Position numbers and translations under genes: made by a program. From Octopus bimaculoides (taxonomy: Eukaryota), in NCBI RefSeq assembly GCF_001194135.2, contig NC_069002.1:7495242-7546107 (forward strand): a stretch of DNA of 50,866 nucleotides. Reading direction: 5' to 3'. Positions 1 through 13,448 of the stretch are shown piece by piece. The notes beneath the pieces are model-generated. The model did not search any database and was not told where the DNA came from. It saw only the letters and a list, made by a program, of their open reading frames with translations. Each line of letters opens with the position of its first letter. Positions within the stretch are counted from its first letter, which is position 1.

Positions 1-33
<33 letters not shown>

Positions 34-214
34 TGTATGTATATGTATATATAAGTGTCTGTTAAGTAATTTTGGTAAAAGCATATAAGAAAATAAGCTG
101 AAGCATATAAAATACTAAATGACGAGGCCCAAAACCTTATCAAAATTTTTTAGTAATTTACGAAGCGTTTAAGTATAAACATTTCAGTACGTGTACAACC
201 TATATAACGCCGAA

Positions 215-485
215 GGACCAGGGACTATGTAACAGATGGTCAAGTCGCCTTTCTTAAGTGGCTGAAACAGGTAGCCTTTCTTCTATTCTGAGAAGATTTG
301 TTCTTGATAACAAACATTTTGAAGTAGTGGGTTCAGCATATCAGCGGTTGTCCTTCCATCGACTCTGCTTGTATAGTGTTTGGACCCGGAGCTTTGCCGT
401 TCCTGATAGATGCCTGGACAATTTCAACTTTTATGGGTGGTCTTGTGTTCACTAATAACATCTTCTCAGCTGGAGAGATATCGCT
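215..485 (-). mobile_element. Decayed LINE ORF2 fragment just N-terminal of the RT domain, probably RTE clade
   Basis: Manual minus-strand translation gives SDISPAEKMLLVNTRPPIKVEIVQASIRNGKAPGPNTIQAE, then after a frameshift TADMLNPLLQNVCYQEQIFSE*KKGYLFQPLKKGDLTIC. This matches the LINE pre-RT motif GKAPGPD.I.AE...W...PKKGD..C, with the conserved Trp mutated to TAG. Confidence 0.8.
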
Positions 486-562
486 GTCCCATGCTTTTTA
501 CGGGGTAATGTGAACTAACTAACCATATCAGATGCTAAAGCAGTATTCGCCTGTCTATCTCA

Positions 563-720
563 CAGCATCACGGTCTCACATGTGAGAGAAATACTTCTCT
601 GAGAGTCTTACAGCATCATCATCACTCATGTAAAATATTCTTCAAACAGCGTCAAAGCAGCATTATTTCATGTAAGATATTCTTCTAATGACAACATTAT
701 TTCAGATGTGGGAAGAGTAC
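563..720. repeat. Degenerate tandem repeat of roughly 35-48 nt units
   Basis: A recurring CAGCAT...CATGT(A/G)A.ATA(C/T)T(T)CT core appears about 4 times. Confidence 0.4.
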
Positions 721-1052
721 CCTACTGTCAAACTCACAGTCACATCACTTCAGTGTTACACCGTGGATCTCACATAACCTCTAGAATTATTAAGAGTTGA
801 AGAATTTCCTTACTCGATGAAGAAAGCCAGTTGGGTTAATCCTCTTGAAATTTGAGCGAAATAATAGATCGTTAGGGACTTAAGGGATTAAAAGTTAATT
901 TACTTGAAATGAGTATTTGACAGTTTCTCGTAACCATATAACAAAACAAGTTAAATTCTACATCTAAAGAAGAAAATGTCCAAGAAAAAATAATAACACG
1001 GTTTTCTATAGTGAAGCTGAACGATTCTGTGAGCTTGTTCGTAAAATATTAG

Positions 1053-1116
1053 TTTCAAATTGTGGCACAAGGCCAGCAATTTTGTGGGAGGGGTAAGTCG
1101 ATTACATCGACCCCAG
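1053..1116 (-). mobile_element. SINE family A, 3' fragment
   Basis: TTTCAAAT..TGGCACAAGGCCAGCAATTT...GTCGATTACATCGACCCCAG matches the 3' end of the copy at 43594. Confidence 0.8.
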
Positions 1117-1537
1117 GAGCTACTCAGAAATTCTGCATTACAATGCTGGAAAACCTTCCGTATTGTCAGCAGTTATCTCAGGGTCTCACAGCCTGTACGC
1201 TTCAACAGAGTGGAAAAGGGAGGACTCAACTAGTTTTCGCCTCCAGAAGAGTTGCATTTGCGGTCTATCACCAACGATAAAAATCTTGAGAGAGTTTCAG
1301 GAACCGTGACTATTGCTTTAATAGCTTTATCCATGCATACACGATATCGATGAGAGAAATAAAGAAAATACAGACCGTTTCAAGGTTTGTTCATCGCTCC
1401 CCAGAAAATTCGTACATGGTATCATTTCTCAATAAATGATTAAATCAGTGTCTATAAAAGACAGTCACAGGTAAGGCTAGCGCCATTGTGGCCGTACCCT
1501 AATCTCCACACTCACGCTTTTGAAGGCGCGTCTTCAG

Positions 1538-1583
1538 CTCATTTCTACAGCTGAGTGAAATGGAGCAATGTACAATAAAGTGT
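1538..1583 (-). mobile_element. Fragment of a CORE-type SINE (family C/D internal segment)
   Basis: Reverse complement ACACTTTATTGTACATTGCTCCATTTCACTCAGCTG resembles the segment after the CORE-like box in the 8228 copy (CACTTCACGTTGCTC). Confidence 0.4.
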
Positions 1584-2434
1584 TGTGTATATATGCGTAC
1601 TTATGCTATTGCTTATATAAGAATATAGATATGTACATACATATATAGGTACACACACACACACACAAACACACACACATACACACGTATATAATAGAGA
1701 AGAACATGCTACTCAGCAAATTAGGCTATTGTCTTATTTTTGGAAACAGGTGTGGCTTCCAGTCAATCTAACGCCAATTCCACCCACGTAGACAAAGTCT
1801 TCAGATATTCAGGTGTCAATATTTCGCTGTTCGGAGGCTTGTTAATACCTGTGCTACTCAACTGCCACCACACACAAATTATCTAATTAAGATTGTTCAC
1901 TCAAATTTCACGAGTTGCTAACATACTGTAAGGAATACGTTAAGTCCAAACATTCCAGAATGTTCATGAAATCATTCACAGTTGCCTCCCCTCTCCAAGT
2001 ATCATATACGATGACGTCATACACATGTTTTTTTTTTATTTGTTGCTGTTGTTTTTCTTCTTCAGTCCTATTCACAGATGCAATCTGTCGTTGTTCACAT
2101 TGTTACTTGATTATGTTTCCTCTTTTCTCACTTTTTTCTGTGCTGTTACATACATTTTTGCTGGCTTTTAAACTGACAGTTTAGATAGGTAGACAGACAG
2201 ATAAATGGACAGAAACACAGAGAAATAGATAGATAGATAGTTAGATAATTATTTGGTGTTTAACTTACAGAGATAATTACGTTTCGCTTGATAGTCTATC
2301 TTTTTCAAATTAGCAGCTTATTGTTACTAGTTGCTGACAGATGCTCTTAGAAAAAAACAGTACTAATTTCGTATACATAAGCCGAGCCCATCTCAAAACT
2401 ATTGAATGCTTCAATATATATATATATTCGTTTG

Positions 2435-2818
2435 TTCCTTTACTTGTTTCAGTTATTTGACAGCGGCCATGCTGGGGCATCACTTTTAGTCGAACAAATC
2501 TACTCCCGAATTTTTTCTTTGTAAGCTTAGAACTTATTCTATCGGTCTGTTTTACCGAACTGCTAAGTTATAGGGATGTAAACACAGCAACGCCGGTTGC
2601 CAAGCAGTGGTGTGGGTACAAACACCCCCCATATATATATATATATATATATATCAATGGCTTCTTTCAGTTTTCGTCCAAGAAATCCACCCAGAAGGCT
2701 TGGTCGGTCTGAGGCTATAATATGGGACATCTGCCTAAGGTAACACACAGTAAGACTGAACTCGAAACCATGAGGCTGGAAAGCAAGCTTCTTACCACAC
2801 AGCCACCCCTGCGCCTAT
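2435..2818 (-). mobile_element. SINE family B, full length: tRNA head, CORE-like box, internal (TA)n and 3' module (probably the octopus CORE-SINE)
   Basis: Minus strand shows A box TGGCTGTGTGG, B box GAGTTCAGTC and CORE-like TACCTTAGGCAGATGTC. Internal (TA)n at about 2631-2654; 3' end CCCCAGCATGGCCGCTGTCAAATAACTGAAACAAGTAAAG. Halves recur at 23346, 26959 and 35524. Confidence 0.85.
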
Positions 2819-2924
2819 TTATGAATATATATGAAACGCATCATGCCAGTTGTTCATTGCTTTTCTTTTTTGTTTTTGTTTTTTGTTAACAGAATTACGA
2901 TAAAAAGGAAAGTTGAAGTAAAAC

Positions 2925-3008
2925 TCAGGAGGATTCGAACTCACGATATAAAAGGAGAATACCAAATTTCAGCATAATGCATACAGCTCTTCTCTTCCGA
3001 CTCCGCCA
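2925..3008 (-). mobile_element. Degenerate SINE family A head
   Basis: Minus strand reads GGCGGAGTCGGAAG...GAGTTCGAATCC (B box), similar in layout to the 14764 head. Confidence 0.45.
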
Positions 3009-4033
3009 TTGACAAACGAGACTTGAACGCATAAACAATATATAAATATTTACAAGGTGTTAAATACGTTTGTTTCGTGTTAGGAAACAATGTAATAATT
3101 CTGTCATAAAAGTTTCCAAACTCGCAGATATACCATTAATCCAATTCAAAAATAAGATAATTCGTAGATAGAGAACNNNNNNNNNNNNNNNNNNNNNNNN
3201 NNNNNNNNNNNNNNNNNNNNNNNNNNNNNNNNNNNNNNNNNNNNNNNNNNNNNNNNNNNNNNNNNNNNNNNNNNNNNNNNNNNNNNNNNNNNNNNNNNNN
3301 NNNNNNNNNNNNNNNNNNNNNNNNNNNNNNNNNNNNNNNNNNNNNNNNNNNNNNNNNNNNNNNNNNNNNNNNNNNNNNNNNNNNNNNNNNNNNNNNNNNN
3401 NNNNNNNNNNNNNNNNNNNNNNNNNNNNNNNNNNNNNNNNNNNNNNNNNNNNNNNNNNNNNNNNNNNNNNNNNNNNNNNNNNNNNNNNNNNNNNNNNNNN
3501 NNNNNNNNNNNNNNNNNNNNNNNNNNNNNNNNNNNNNNNNNNNNNNNNNNNNNNNNNNNNNNNNNNNNNNNNNNNNNNNNNNNNNNNNNNNNNNNNNNNN
3601 NNNNNNNNNNNNNNNNNNNNNNNNNNNNNNNNNNNNNNNNNNNNNNNNNNNNNNNNNNNNNNNNNNNNNNNNNNNNNNNNNNNNNNNNNNNNNNNNNNNN
3701 NNNNNNNNNNNNNNNNNNNNNNNNNNNNNNNNNNNNNNNNNNNNNNNNNNNNNNNNNNNNNNNNNNNNNNNNNNNNNNNNNNNNNNNNNNNNNNNNNNNN
3801 NNNNNNNNNNNNNNNNNNNNNNNNNNNNNNNNNNNNNNNNNNNNNNNNNNNNNNNNNNNNNNNNNNNNNNNNNNNNNNNNNNNNNNNNNNNNNNNNNNNN
3901 NNNNNNNNNNNNNNNNNNNNNNNNNNNNNNNNNNNNNNNNNNNNNNNNNNNNNNNNNNNNNNNNNNNNNNNNNNNNNNNNNNNNNNNNNNNNNNNNNNNN
4001 NNNNNNNNNNNNNNNNNNNNNNNNNNNNNNCAC

Positions 4034-4074
<41 letters not shown>

Positions 4075-4118
4075 ACAACAACATCATTAACATCATTATC
4101 GTCATACTTATGATTATT

Positions 4119-4189
<71 letters not shown>

Positions 4190-4450
4190 TCGCCACTTCC
4201 TCTTGTGCAGCAGTTGGTGATGCTGGAATGCCGACATCGGCGATGTTGTTAACAGAAATCTAAGAGCGGAATTGGATTAAAAGGTGTAAATATTGCAATG
4301 TTTTTAACAACTGGAATTGGTAGTGACATATTGTGATGTGTGCGGGGAGAGGAGGGGCTGTTTGGAAGAGACATGTGGAGAGGAGAGAGAAATAGGAGGG
4401 AGGCGATAAGAGGAAAAAAGACATAGAATAGGGTGAATCAGTGAGTCGAA

Positions 4451-4501
<51 letters not shown>

Positions 4502-5842
4502 NNNNNNNNNNGAGAGAGAGAGAGAGTGAGAGAGAGAGAGAGAGTGAGAGAGAGAGAGAGAGTTAATATGGTATCAGTGTTTTAGTTATGATGTAAAATG
4601 AAGAAAAGGAAGAATTAATTAGAGCATATACACACATACATTCATACATACATACATACATACATACATACACATACAATATTTACATATATACATATAT
4701 GTGTGTGTGTGTGTATATATATGTACACACACACACATATATATATTTTTACATATATATATGTGTATATATACATACGCATCTATCTATGTATACCTAT
4801 TCTGTATATNNNNNNNNNNNNNNNNNNNNNNNNNNNNNNNNNNNNNNNNNNNNNNNNNNNNNNNNNNNNNNNNNNNNNNNNNNNNNNNNNNNNNNNNNNN
4901 NNNNNNNNNNNNNNNNNNNNNNNNNNNNNNNNNNNNNNNNNNNNNNNNNNNNNNNNNNNNNNNNNNNNNNNNNNNNNNNNNNNNNNNNNNNNNNNNNNNN
5001 NNNNNNNNNNNNNNNNNNNNNNNNNNNNNNNNNNNNNNNNNNNNNNNNNNNNNNNNNNNNNNNNNNNNNNNNNNNNNNNNNNNNNNNNNNNNNNNNNNNN
5101 NNNNNNNNNNNNNNNNNNNNNNNNNNNNNNNNNNNNNNNNNNNNNNNNNNNNNNNNNNNNNNNNNNNNNNNNNNNNNNNNNNNNNNNNNNNNNNNNNNNN
5201 NNNNNNNNNNNNNNNNNNNNNNNNNNNNNNNNNNNNNNNNNNNNNNNNNNNNNNNNNNNNNNNNNNNNNNNNNNNNNNNNNNNNNNNACGTAGCTCATGT
5301 TAATTAGTTTAACTTCAGCATTATATGACAAAAATTGTAACTAAATTGTCAACAACGAGTTAGAAAGTTTTGAACTGTGATAGTTGAACACATATATCCT
5401 CACACACACACATATATATATATAGAAAGAGAGAGAGAGAGGGGGAGAGAGACAAATTCATAGATAGAAGTAAAACTTCCGAGATTCCGTAAGAAAAAAA
5501 AAATTCTTTATCTGAGCGAGTGAGTAAGATTTGAAGTGGAAGGCGACAATGTTGGGATGCTGGCTGAGGGGATGATAGCGACGATAGTGGAGGGGGTGCT
5601 TGTCTAGGTAGTGGTGGCTGTGGTGAGGGTAGTGGGGGTAATAGTGGTGGTGGTGATGGTGGTGTTGGTGGTGGTGAGAGAACATGTCAACATCTTTCAA
5701 ATGGTATTTTCTTTTTACTCTGAATGTATTGTGAATTTAACACCTGACAAATTCTATAGGTGAGATATAGGATCTGTGGGCGTATGTGTGTATATATGAG
5801 CGGGTGTATGTATCTATATGAATGTGCCTGCGTATGTGTGCA

Positions 5843-5878
<36 letters not shown>

Positions 5879-6197
5879 TGTGTGTGTGTGTGTGTTTGTG
5901 TNNNNNNNNNNAGAGAGAGAGAGAGTGTGTGTGTGTGTGTGTTTGTGTGTGTACGTGTATGTCCGTGTCTGTTTTCTCTGTGGATTAGTCGATTTTGGTA
6001 TAATCTCGTAATTCTAGAATACAAACATAACAAACACAGAAATGATTCAAACACACACACACATACACACACACACACACGTATGTATACATGCATACAC
6101 ATGCACATACACAACTGAACGCATATACAGGAGTCTACATGTGTTTGTGGCTCATACATAAACACACACTCACACATCTATACATATATATATTTCA

Positions 6198-6245
<48 letters not shown>

Positions 6246-6289
6246 GCATGTGTAGGTATATGCATATTAATACATAGAAAGAAGGTACA

Positions 6290-6320
<31 letters not shown>

Positions 6321-6827
6321 TTATAAGCTAAGTAACAGCGTAAAACACCGTTCTGTTCAATTGGATATCCGGTATATAATGCATACATAGACACTTGGAC
6401 ACATTTGGATATATTTCGTTCTTATATATATGCATATATACATATATATGCACGTATATGTGTGGATGCGTGTGCATGAGTGTTGCGTACATACCTACAC
6501 ACACACACATATATATATATATACATGTATACATACCTATATATNNNNNNNNNNNNNNNNNNNNNNNNNNNNNNNNNNNNNNNNNNNNNNNNNNNNNNNN
6601 NNNNNNNNNNNNNNNNNNNNNNNNNNNNNNNNNNNNNNNNNNNNNNNNTATATATATATATATATATATATATAATGCTTGTGTACGTCTACTTATGTAG
6701 TATACATATTTTCGTTTTTTTTCTCGCATGAAATAAAGTAACTGTCAACACATTTACTTGTTAAGATATACACTTCCCCTTATGTGCACATGAACACTTC
6801 TCCGACATACATACAAATATGCATATA

Positions 6828-6870
<43 letters not shown>

Positions 6871-7445
6871 AGTATGTATATGAATATATATGTATATGTA
6901 TATATATACATCTCTATGTACATAAATATCTATATATATACGTATGTATATATATTCATACATACGTACATGCATACAGAGATGCATGCATAAATACATA
7001 CATTCACACATATATGAATGGTTGTATGTGTGTATTACGTATGTATGTATGTATGTATGTATGTATATAAGTATGTACGTATAATATAAAGAATACATTA
7101 GGTATGATTTCGAGATAAGTGATAGGAATACTTCCTACTTCTTACTAAATCCCTTCAGAAAATGTTAAGAAAGGGGTCGGAGTGGTAGCGGAGCTGTCTG
7201 TAGACACCTTTGTTAACTCGTCGGCTAACAAAAGATGAAAAAAACAGAACAAAAGAAATGTAGCAAAAGAACGAAAATCGCGAAGCAAAAAACAATAGGT
7301 ATTTTAACTTAATTCAATATAAAGCAAATATGTTTCCATAGATATACATATTTTCAAATAAATGTGTATATACATATATATATGAATATAAGTGTGTAGA
7401 TATATGTTTATTTATATGCATTTATAGATATGTATACATACATAC

Positions 7446-7485
<40 letters not shown>

Positions 7486-7511
7486 NNNNNNNNNNTATAT
7501 ATATCGATATT

Positions 7512-7557
<46 letters not shown>

Positions 7558-8227
7558 ATACCTATATACGTATTCATACGCAGACACATTCACAGAGGCT
7601 ATACACTCACACACACACATACAAACATATATATATACATGCTTATATAAATATGCATAAATGCGTAGATATATATATGTATATATATACGTTATATACA
7701 TATATACATACATACATATATATTTACACACACACACACGCATACACGCACATACACACACATGCACACACACATATAAAAGCTAATTGCGATCAGGAAA
7801 TATATCTCTTTTATTTTTCCATCCCTATCTCGTAATACATTCACCGTTTCGAGACACGTATTACATTTGTTGGGGTACGCATCCATCAATACACACTTCT
7901 TTGTTTGCTTTCTATATACCATCCTTTTGAGAGTTATTCATCTGATGTTCACCGTAATGTTATCAATGCTATACACAAGAACAAACACACATTCACACCT
8001 ACATATTGCTTAACATATATATTGGTATATACATACACATAAACAGATATGTGTATATCAGTACATATATGTATAGAAATTTATATATATACTATATATG
8101 ATTATATATATACATACATACACACACATACATATACAGATGCACACATACACACATATATACATTATTTATATATATGCTTTCTCTCTCATATACACAT
8201 ATATGTACACACACACATATATATATA

Positions 8228-8497
8228 GGCCCATGGCTCAGTGGGTTCGATTCCTAGACCGGTCGTTGTGTTGTATTCTTGAGCAAAAGCGCTCCACTTC
8301 ACGTTGCTCTGCGATCACTTCGGCATCTGATATTTGACATCCCGTTTTACCTGTGCAGGTAAAGTCGATTTGATGAGTGAGTGAGATTATGTCTACACAA
8401 ATATTTGATCACTATAAACAAATTATCTGTGTGGTTGTTCGGTAAGAAATTGTCGAACCCTCATACGTCGTCTAACGACGGGAAAGTCCGTCATATA
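8228..8497 (+). mobile_element. tRNA-headed CORE-type SINE family C with the A-B box spacer deleted
   Basis: A box TGGCTCAGTGG (8234-8244) overlaps B box GGTTCGATTCC (8244-8254). It is followed by CORE-like GTGTTGTATTCTTGAGCAAAAG and about 200 nt of body running into a gap. Confidence 0.7.
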
Positions 8498-8914
8498 TNN
8501 NNNNNNNNNNNNNNNNNNNNNNNNNNNNNNNNNNNNNNNNNNNNNNNNNNNNNNNNNNNNNNNNNNNNNNNNNNNNNNNNNNNNNNNNNNNNNNNNNNNN
8601 NNNNNNNNNNNNNNNNNNNNNNNNNNNNNNNNNNNNNNNNNNNNNNNNNNNNNNNNNNNNNNNNNNNNNNNNNNNNNNNNNNNNNNNNNNNNNNNNNNNN
8701 NNNNNNNNNNNNNNNNNNNNNNNNNNNNNNNNNNNNNNNNNNNNNNNNNNNNNNNNNNNNNNNNNNNNNNNNNNNNNNNNNNNNNNATAGATAGATAGAT
8801 AGATAGATAGATAGGCATGTGTGTTTATGTTTATGTATGTTTGCCTTTCTGTAAGTTTGTGTTCATGCACAAGACTCAGAAATAAATCTATTTGTTCCTC
8901 AAAATCGTCCAATA

Positions 8915-8975
8915 CTGTACCCCAGCATGGCCGCAGCCAACTAACTAAAGCGAGTGAAAGAATGAAAGAATGATA
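8915..8975 (+). mobile_element. SINE 3' tail of family B type
   Basis: CCCCAGCATGGCCGCAGCC...GTGAAAGAATGAAAGAA matches the family B tail at 2435-2480 (reverse complement) and 35700-35735. Confidence 0.7.
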
Positions 8976-9592
8976 GGATAATACTTGAGGAACAGATGCA
9001 AGAGACAGATACAATGTTTCAGCAAGGAATAAATTTGAAACTAATACGAAGACAACGAACAGTAAAAAACAATTGAAATACGGTAAAAGACTCGTTTAAA
9101 TCAAACTTTAATGATATTTATAGTAAATATTGAAGTATTATGAATAATTCCAGGAACGTTTTCTTTTTTGCTAATTACATCAATAACAATAAAATTCCCC
9201 AACACACATTTTGTCACTTGAAAATATTGAAAATTTTGTATATTCTGTTAATAGCAACGAAGTTATTTTGATAAGATTATAAGTAAAAGATTTGTTAATG
9301 AATATAGAAAAAATTCAGGCTGAGATGGAAGCATGGCAATGATACGTTACAAAGGCATATGTCTCCTTGCTTGAAGAACTTATTCAAGAATGAGAAGAGA
9401 GAAAAGTGAGTTATTTGTGTGTCATGTAAACAAAGGGGCATTCAGCATGGTCATGAGGGTTCAGTATGGAATCCTGTGGGTACAGAAATAAGGGCATTGA
9501 AACTTGTGGCACACTGCAGAATCATGGGTTGTCACACTTGCAGTATTAAGAGTCACTTGAGGGATTTCTTCTCTGAGGAACTTGAAAGACGC

Positions 9593-9629
<37 letters not shown>

Positions 9630-10572
9630 CAGAGAAATAGACACTGAGTCAGAGAGAGACCGACGAAGAACAGTAGAAAAAGCACCAGTAACATCTTCAT
9701 TTTGCGACAATAAAGAGGCCATTGGGAGCGAGATGTGAAGGTAAAATGTTGGAGACGAGTATAACGACAAAGAAAAGAAAGAAGATTCCTCCAAAAATAA
9801 AAGTCAATCCCCCAAAACTACCACCAACACCACCACCATATGTGCGTATTGCAAAACAGGCTAGAACAGAATCACTCCTTTCCAGAAGAAGCGAGCATAA
9901 AACAACCGGACCCTCGGAAGACAAGAAGTCCACAATCTTAAAAAGCACTAAGGATGAATTTATTCATTGCATAAATGAAGTACAAAACTAAAACTAAGAA
10001 TCGATAAAACACTGGCTTGCAGAGAAAAGAGCAAATAACACACAAATGATAGGATGCTTGTGTCACTCATATTAATTGTCTACTAGTAGATGCATCTTAG
10101 CTTTTCCAAGGATTCACACACCTTGCTAACACCCAAACAGTCTGTGGTCTCATTGACGAAAGAACAATTTGAGAATGTAAGGGCAGATACATGAGTTTAC
10201 ATGACGGATTCGCATCCGGCTATGAGTGGCTTGCCCGAAATATTTTCTCATGCTTTTCTTTTCTTGAAATTATATAACTTTAAAATGTTTGTGTTTTTAT
10301 AAAATTATATATTTATTCTGTGATTAATTTCTCATTTATAATCGATATTTTAACATATCCACAGACACACAAACACGCGTACGCACGCACTCGCGTACAG
10401 ACATACAAACACGCACACACACGCACACATACGCACACACACATACACTCACTACATACATACATATAATACCTTTATCCACCCCTCTGATTTTATATAA
10501 TTTGTCCATCACCACACCTTAGTTACTCTTAACAATAATACCTTTATGGTATGCATGAAAAAGGTCACGCTA

Positions 10573-10683
<111 letters not shown>

Positions 10684-10765
10684 GTTGCATCAGTAATTGT
10701 ATTTATGATAATAACGATAATGCTAATAATAAGTATAATTACTACTACTTTAAAAGAAATAGTTA

Positions 10766-10820
<55 letters not shown>

Positions 10821-11372
10821 GAATACTGGTGTCTTTATTTATAGTGATTGCTACAGTGGTAGAAGCGGCGGTTATAGAGGTGGTGGTGATGGTGGTGTTG
10901 NNNNNNNNNNNNNNNNNNNNNNNNNNNNNNNNNNNNNNNNNNNNNNNNNNNNNNNNNNNNNNNNNNNNNNNNNNNNNNNNNNNNNNNNNNNNNNNNNNNN
11001 NNNNNNNNNNNNNNNNNNNNNNNNNNNNNNNNNNNNNNNNNNNNNNNNNNNNNNNNNNNNNNNNNNNNNNNNNNNNNNNNNNNNNNNNNNNNNNNNNNNN
11101 NNNNNNNNNNNNNNNNAGGAGGAGGAGGAGGAGGGGCGGAAGGTAGTGGTGGTGGTGGTGATGTCGGGGAGAAGGGGTTCTCGCTGGTTTGTGTAGGATG
11201 CCAAAAAATGTGAAAACATAAAGAAATATGCAGCAGAAAAAAAAAAAGAAGCAAAAATATACGAAAATACGAGAAATAAAATGGAGGATATAACGGTCTC
11301 CTTTTATCTAGAATATTATTTACCATTGCATATATCATGTATTTTTAAAGACATATATAGCACACAAGTACA

Positions 11373-11409
<37 letters not shown>

Positions 11410-12324
11410 CTATGCATGTCTATATGTGTTTGCGTGTGTATGTGTTTGTATGTGTTTGTATATGTATGTGTATCTCGGCATATATCTGTCTATCTATCTG
11501 CATANNNNNNNNNNNNNNNNNNNNNNNNNNNNNNNNNNNNNNNNNNNNNNNNNNNNNNNNNNNNNNNNNNNNNNNNNNNNNNNNNNNNNNNNNNNNNNNN
11601 NNNNNNNNNNNNNNNNNNNNNNNNNNNNNNNNNNNNNNNNNNNNNNNNNNNNNNNNNNNNNNNNNNNNNNNNNNNNNNNNNNNNNNNNNNNNNNNNNNNN
11701 NNNNNNNNNNNNNNNNNNNNNNNNNNNNNNNNNNNNNNNNNNNNNNNNNNNNNNNNNNNNNNNNNNNNNNNNNNNNNNNNNNNNNNNNNNNNNNNNNNNN
11801 NNNNNNNNNNNNNNNNNNNNNNNNNNNNNNNNNNNNNNNNNNNNNNNNNNNNNNNNNNNNNNNNNNNNNNNNNNNNNNNNNNNNNNNNNNNNNNNNNNNN
11901 NNNNNNNNNNNNNNNNNNNNNNNNATATATATATATATATATATATAATGAAGGAGGGAGGTGAGAGAACGTGGAGGAGAAAGAGGGAAAGATAGAGAAG
12001 TGAATGAGGCGGCATATATAGGTAGATAAATAGTTAGATAGATGGAAAAATCTACCTTTGTTTAGATAGATAGCTATATAAAAAGATCCCTGTACATAAA
12101 GATCTAAATATACATATTTTCATACATATATACATACATACACACATACATGCATACATATTTACGCCATACAAACTCACACGCATTGCAATTATGCATG
12201 CTCACATTTAAATGTATATATATATATATACACATATATATGTATAGGTAGATAGATGTATATATGCATATGTATGTAAATGAATGTATCTATATATCTA
12301 CCTGTCTATCTATACACGCACACT

Positions 12325-12356
<32 letters not shown>

Positions 12357-12731
12357 CATATATATATATGCATATATGAATTTACTAATATATGTATACA
12401 TATATAGATGCATATACGCATACATATGTAGACAACATACACATCATAAAAACGAAGTCTTTTTATCGTTGTAGCGGTGAGCTGATCAAGGAGAAGGTAA
12501 CTCGCGGGGACTGGTTCGGGGTGTAGGGTTGAGGTTATGTCAAGAGAAGAAGAGGAGGGAGGAATCAAGCGGGGGTGCTTGGTGGAATGGGTCGGTGATT
12601 CGATAGGTCTACGGATCGAATGTCAAGAGGGGCGGGATTGATTTCATGGAACACAAACCCCTTTGGATAATGGGAACCGAACCGATTGCTGCTTGTTTTT
12701 ATATTCGTCGAATAATTTATTATAACCATCG

Positions 12732-12799
<68 letters not shown>

Positions 12800-12824
12800 G
12801 TTATTATTATTATTAATATTATTA

Positions 12825-12880
<56 letters not shown>

Positions 12881-12907
12881 GTTTATATTGTTATTACTAT
12901 TATCATT

Positions 12908-12943
<36 letters not shown>

Positions 12944-13198
12944 GTTATTATTATTATTGGTGTTTTGTTTGTTGTTGTTGCCGTATGGTTTTTGTGGTGC
13001 CATTCCAGAATGCGGCTTTTTTTCGTGTGGTGGTGGTGGTGGTGGTAGAGTCTATTTATTAATATTCTTATTGTTTTTTTGTTTTTCTTCCAGTTCCGTG
13101 ATCTTTGGAGCAATTGTTATTGAAGAAGAAAACACAGGCAAACAACAAGAAGAACAACAACAAAAAACAGCATCGGTAAGAACGACAACAACAACAAT

Positions 13199-13278
<80 letters not shown>

Positions 13279-13322
13279 TGATGATGATGATGATGTCGAT
13301 GAAGATGATGAAATAAATAACG

Positions 13323-13448
13323 ACAATATTTAGACATTAGAAGAACCAATTTGTGACAGAACAGTGAAACAGATCCACTGAAGAATTGATCCCAACCACG
13401 CCATCACGTGTGTAACGGTGACTGTTGTTTTGCTGTGTTTTAAATAAA
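13323..13448 (+). repeat. Unclassified ~125-bp repeat, inverted partner at 15072-15190
   Basis: Exact shared blocks CCAATTTGTGACAGAA (16 nt), GATCCACTGAA and CGGTGACTGT in the same order. Confidence 0.85.

Noticed and set aside
5458-5700. His-rich minus ORF (MKDVDMFSHHHQHHH...)
   Set aside because: TTG start, degenerate (CAC/TAC)n repeat, and no splice support or recognisable domain.
9319-9405. Plus frame LRWKHGNDTLQRHMSPCLKNLF ending at a strong GTGAGT donor, faintly BIR-like
   Set aside because: No upstream CxxC, wrong His-Cys spacing, poor acceptor and an in-frame stop just upstream.
9573-9600. CUGAGGA-ACUU-GAAA hammerhead-like string
   Set aside because: No viable stem II or stems I/III.
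9722-9991. 89-aa Lys/Pro-rich ORF in a microsatellite-poor block
   Set aside because: No recognisable family; TTG start; it could be a TE remnant but cannot be supported without a search.
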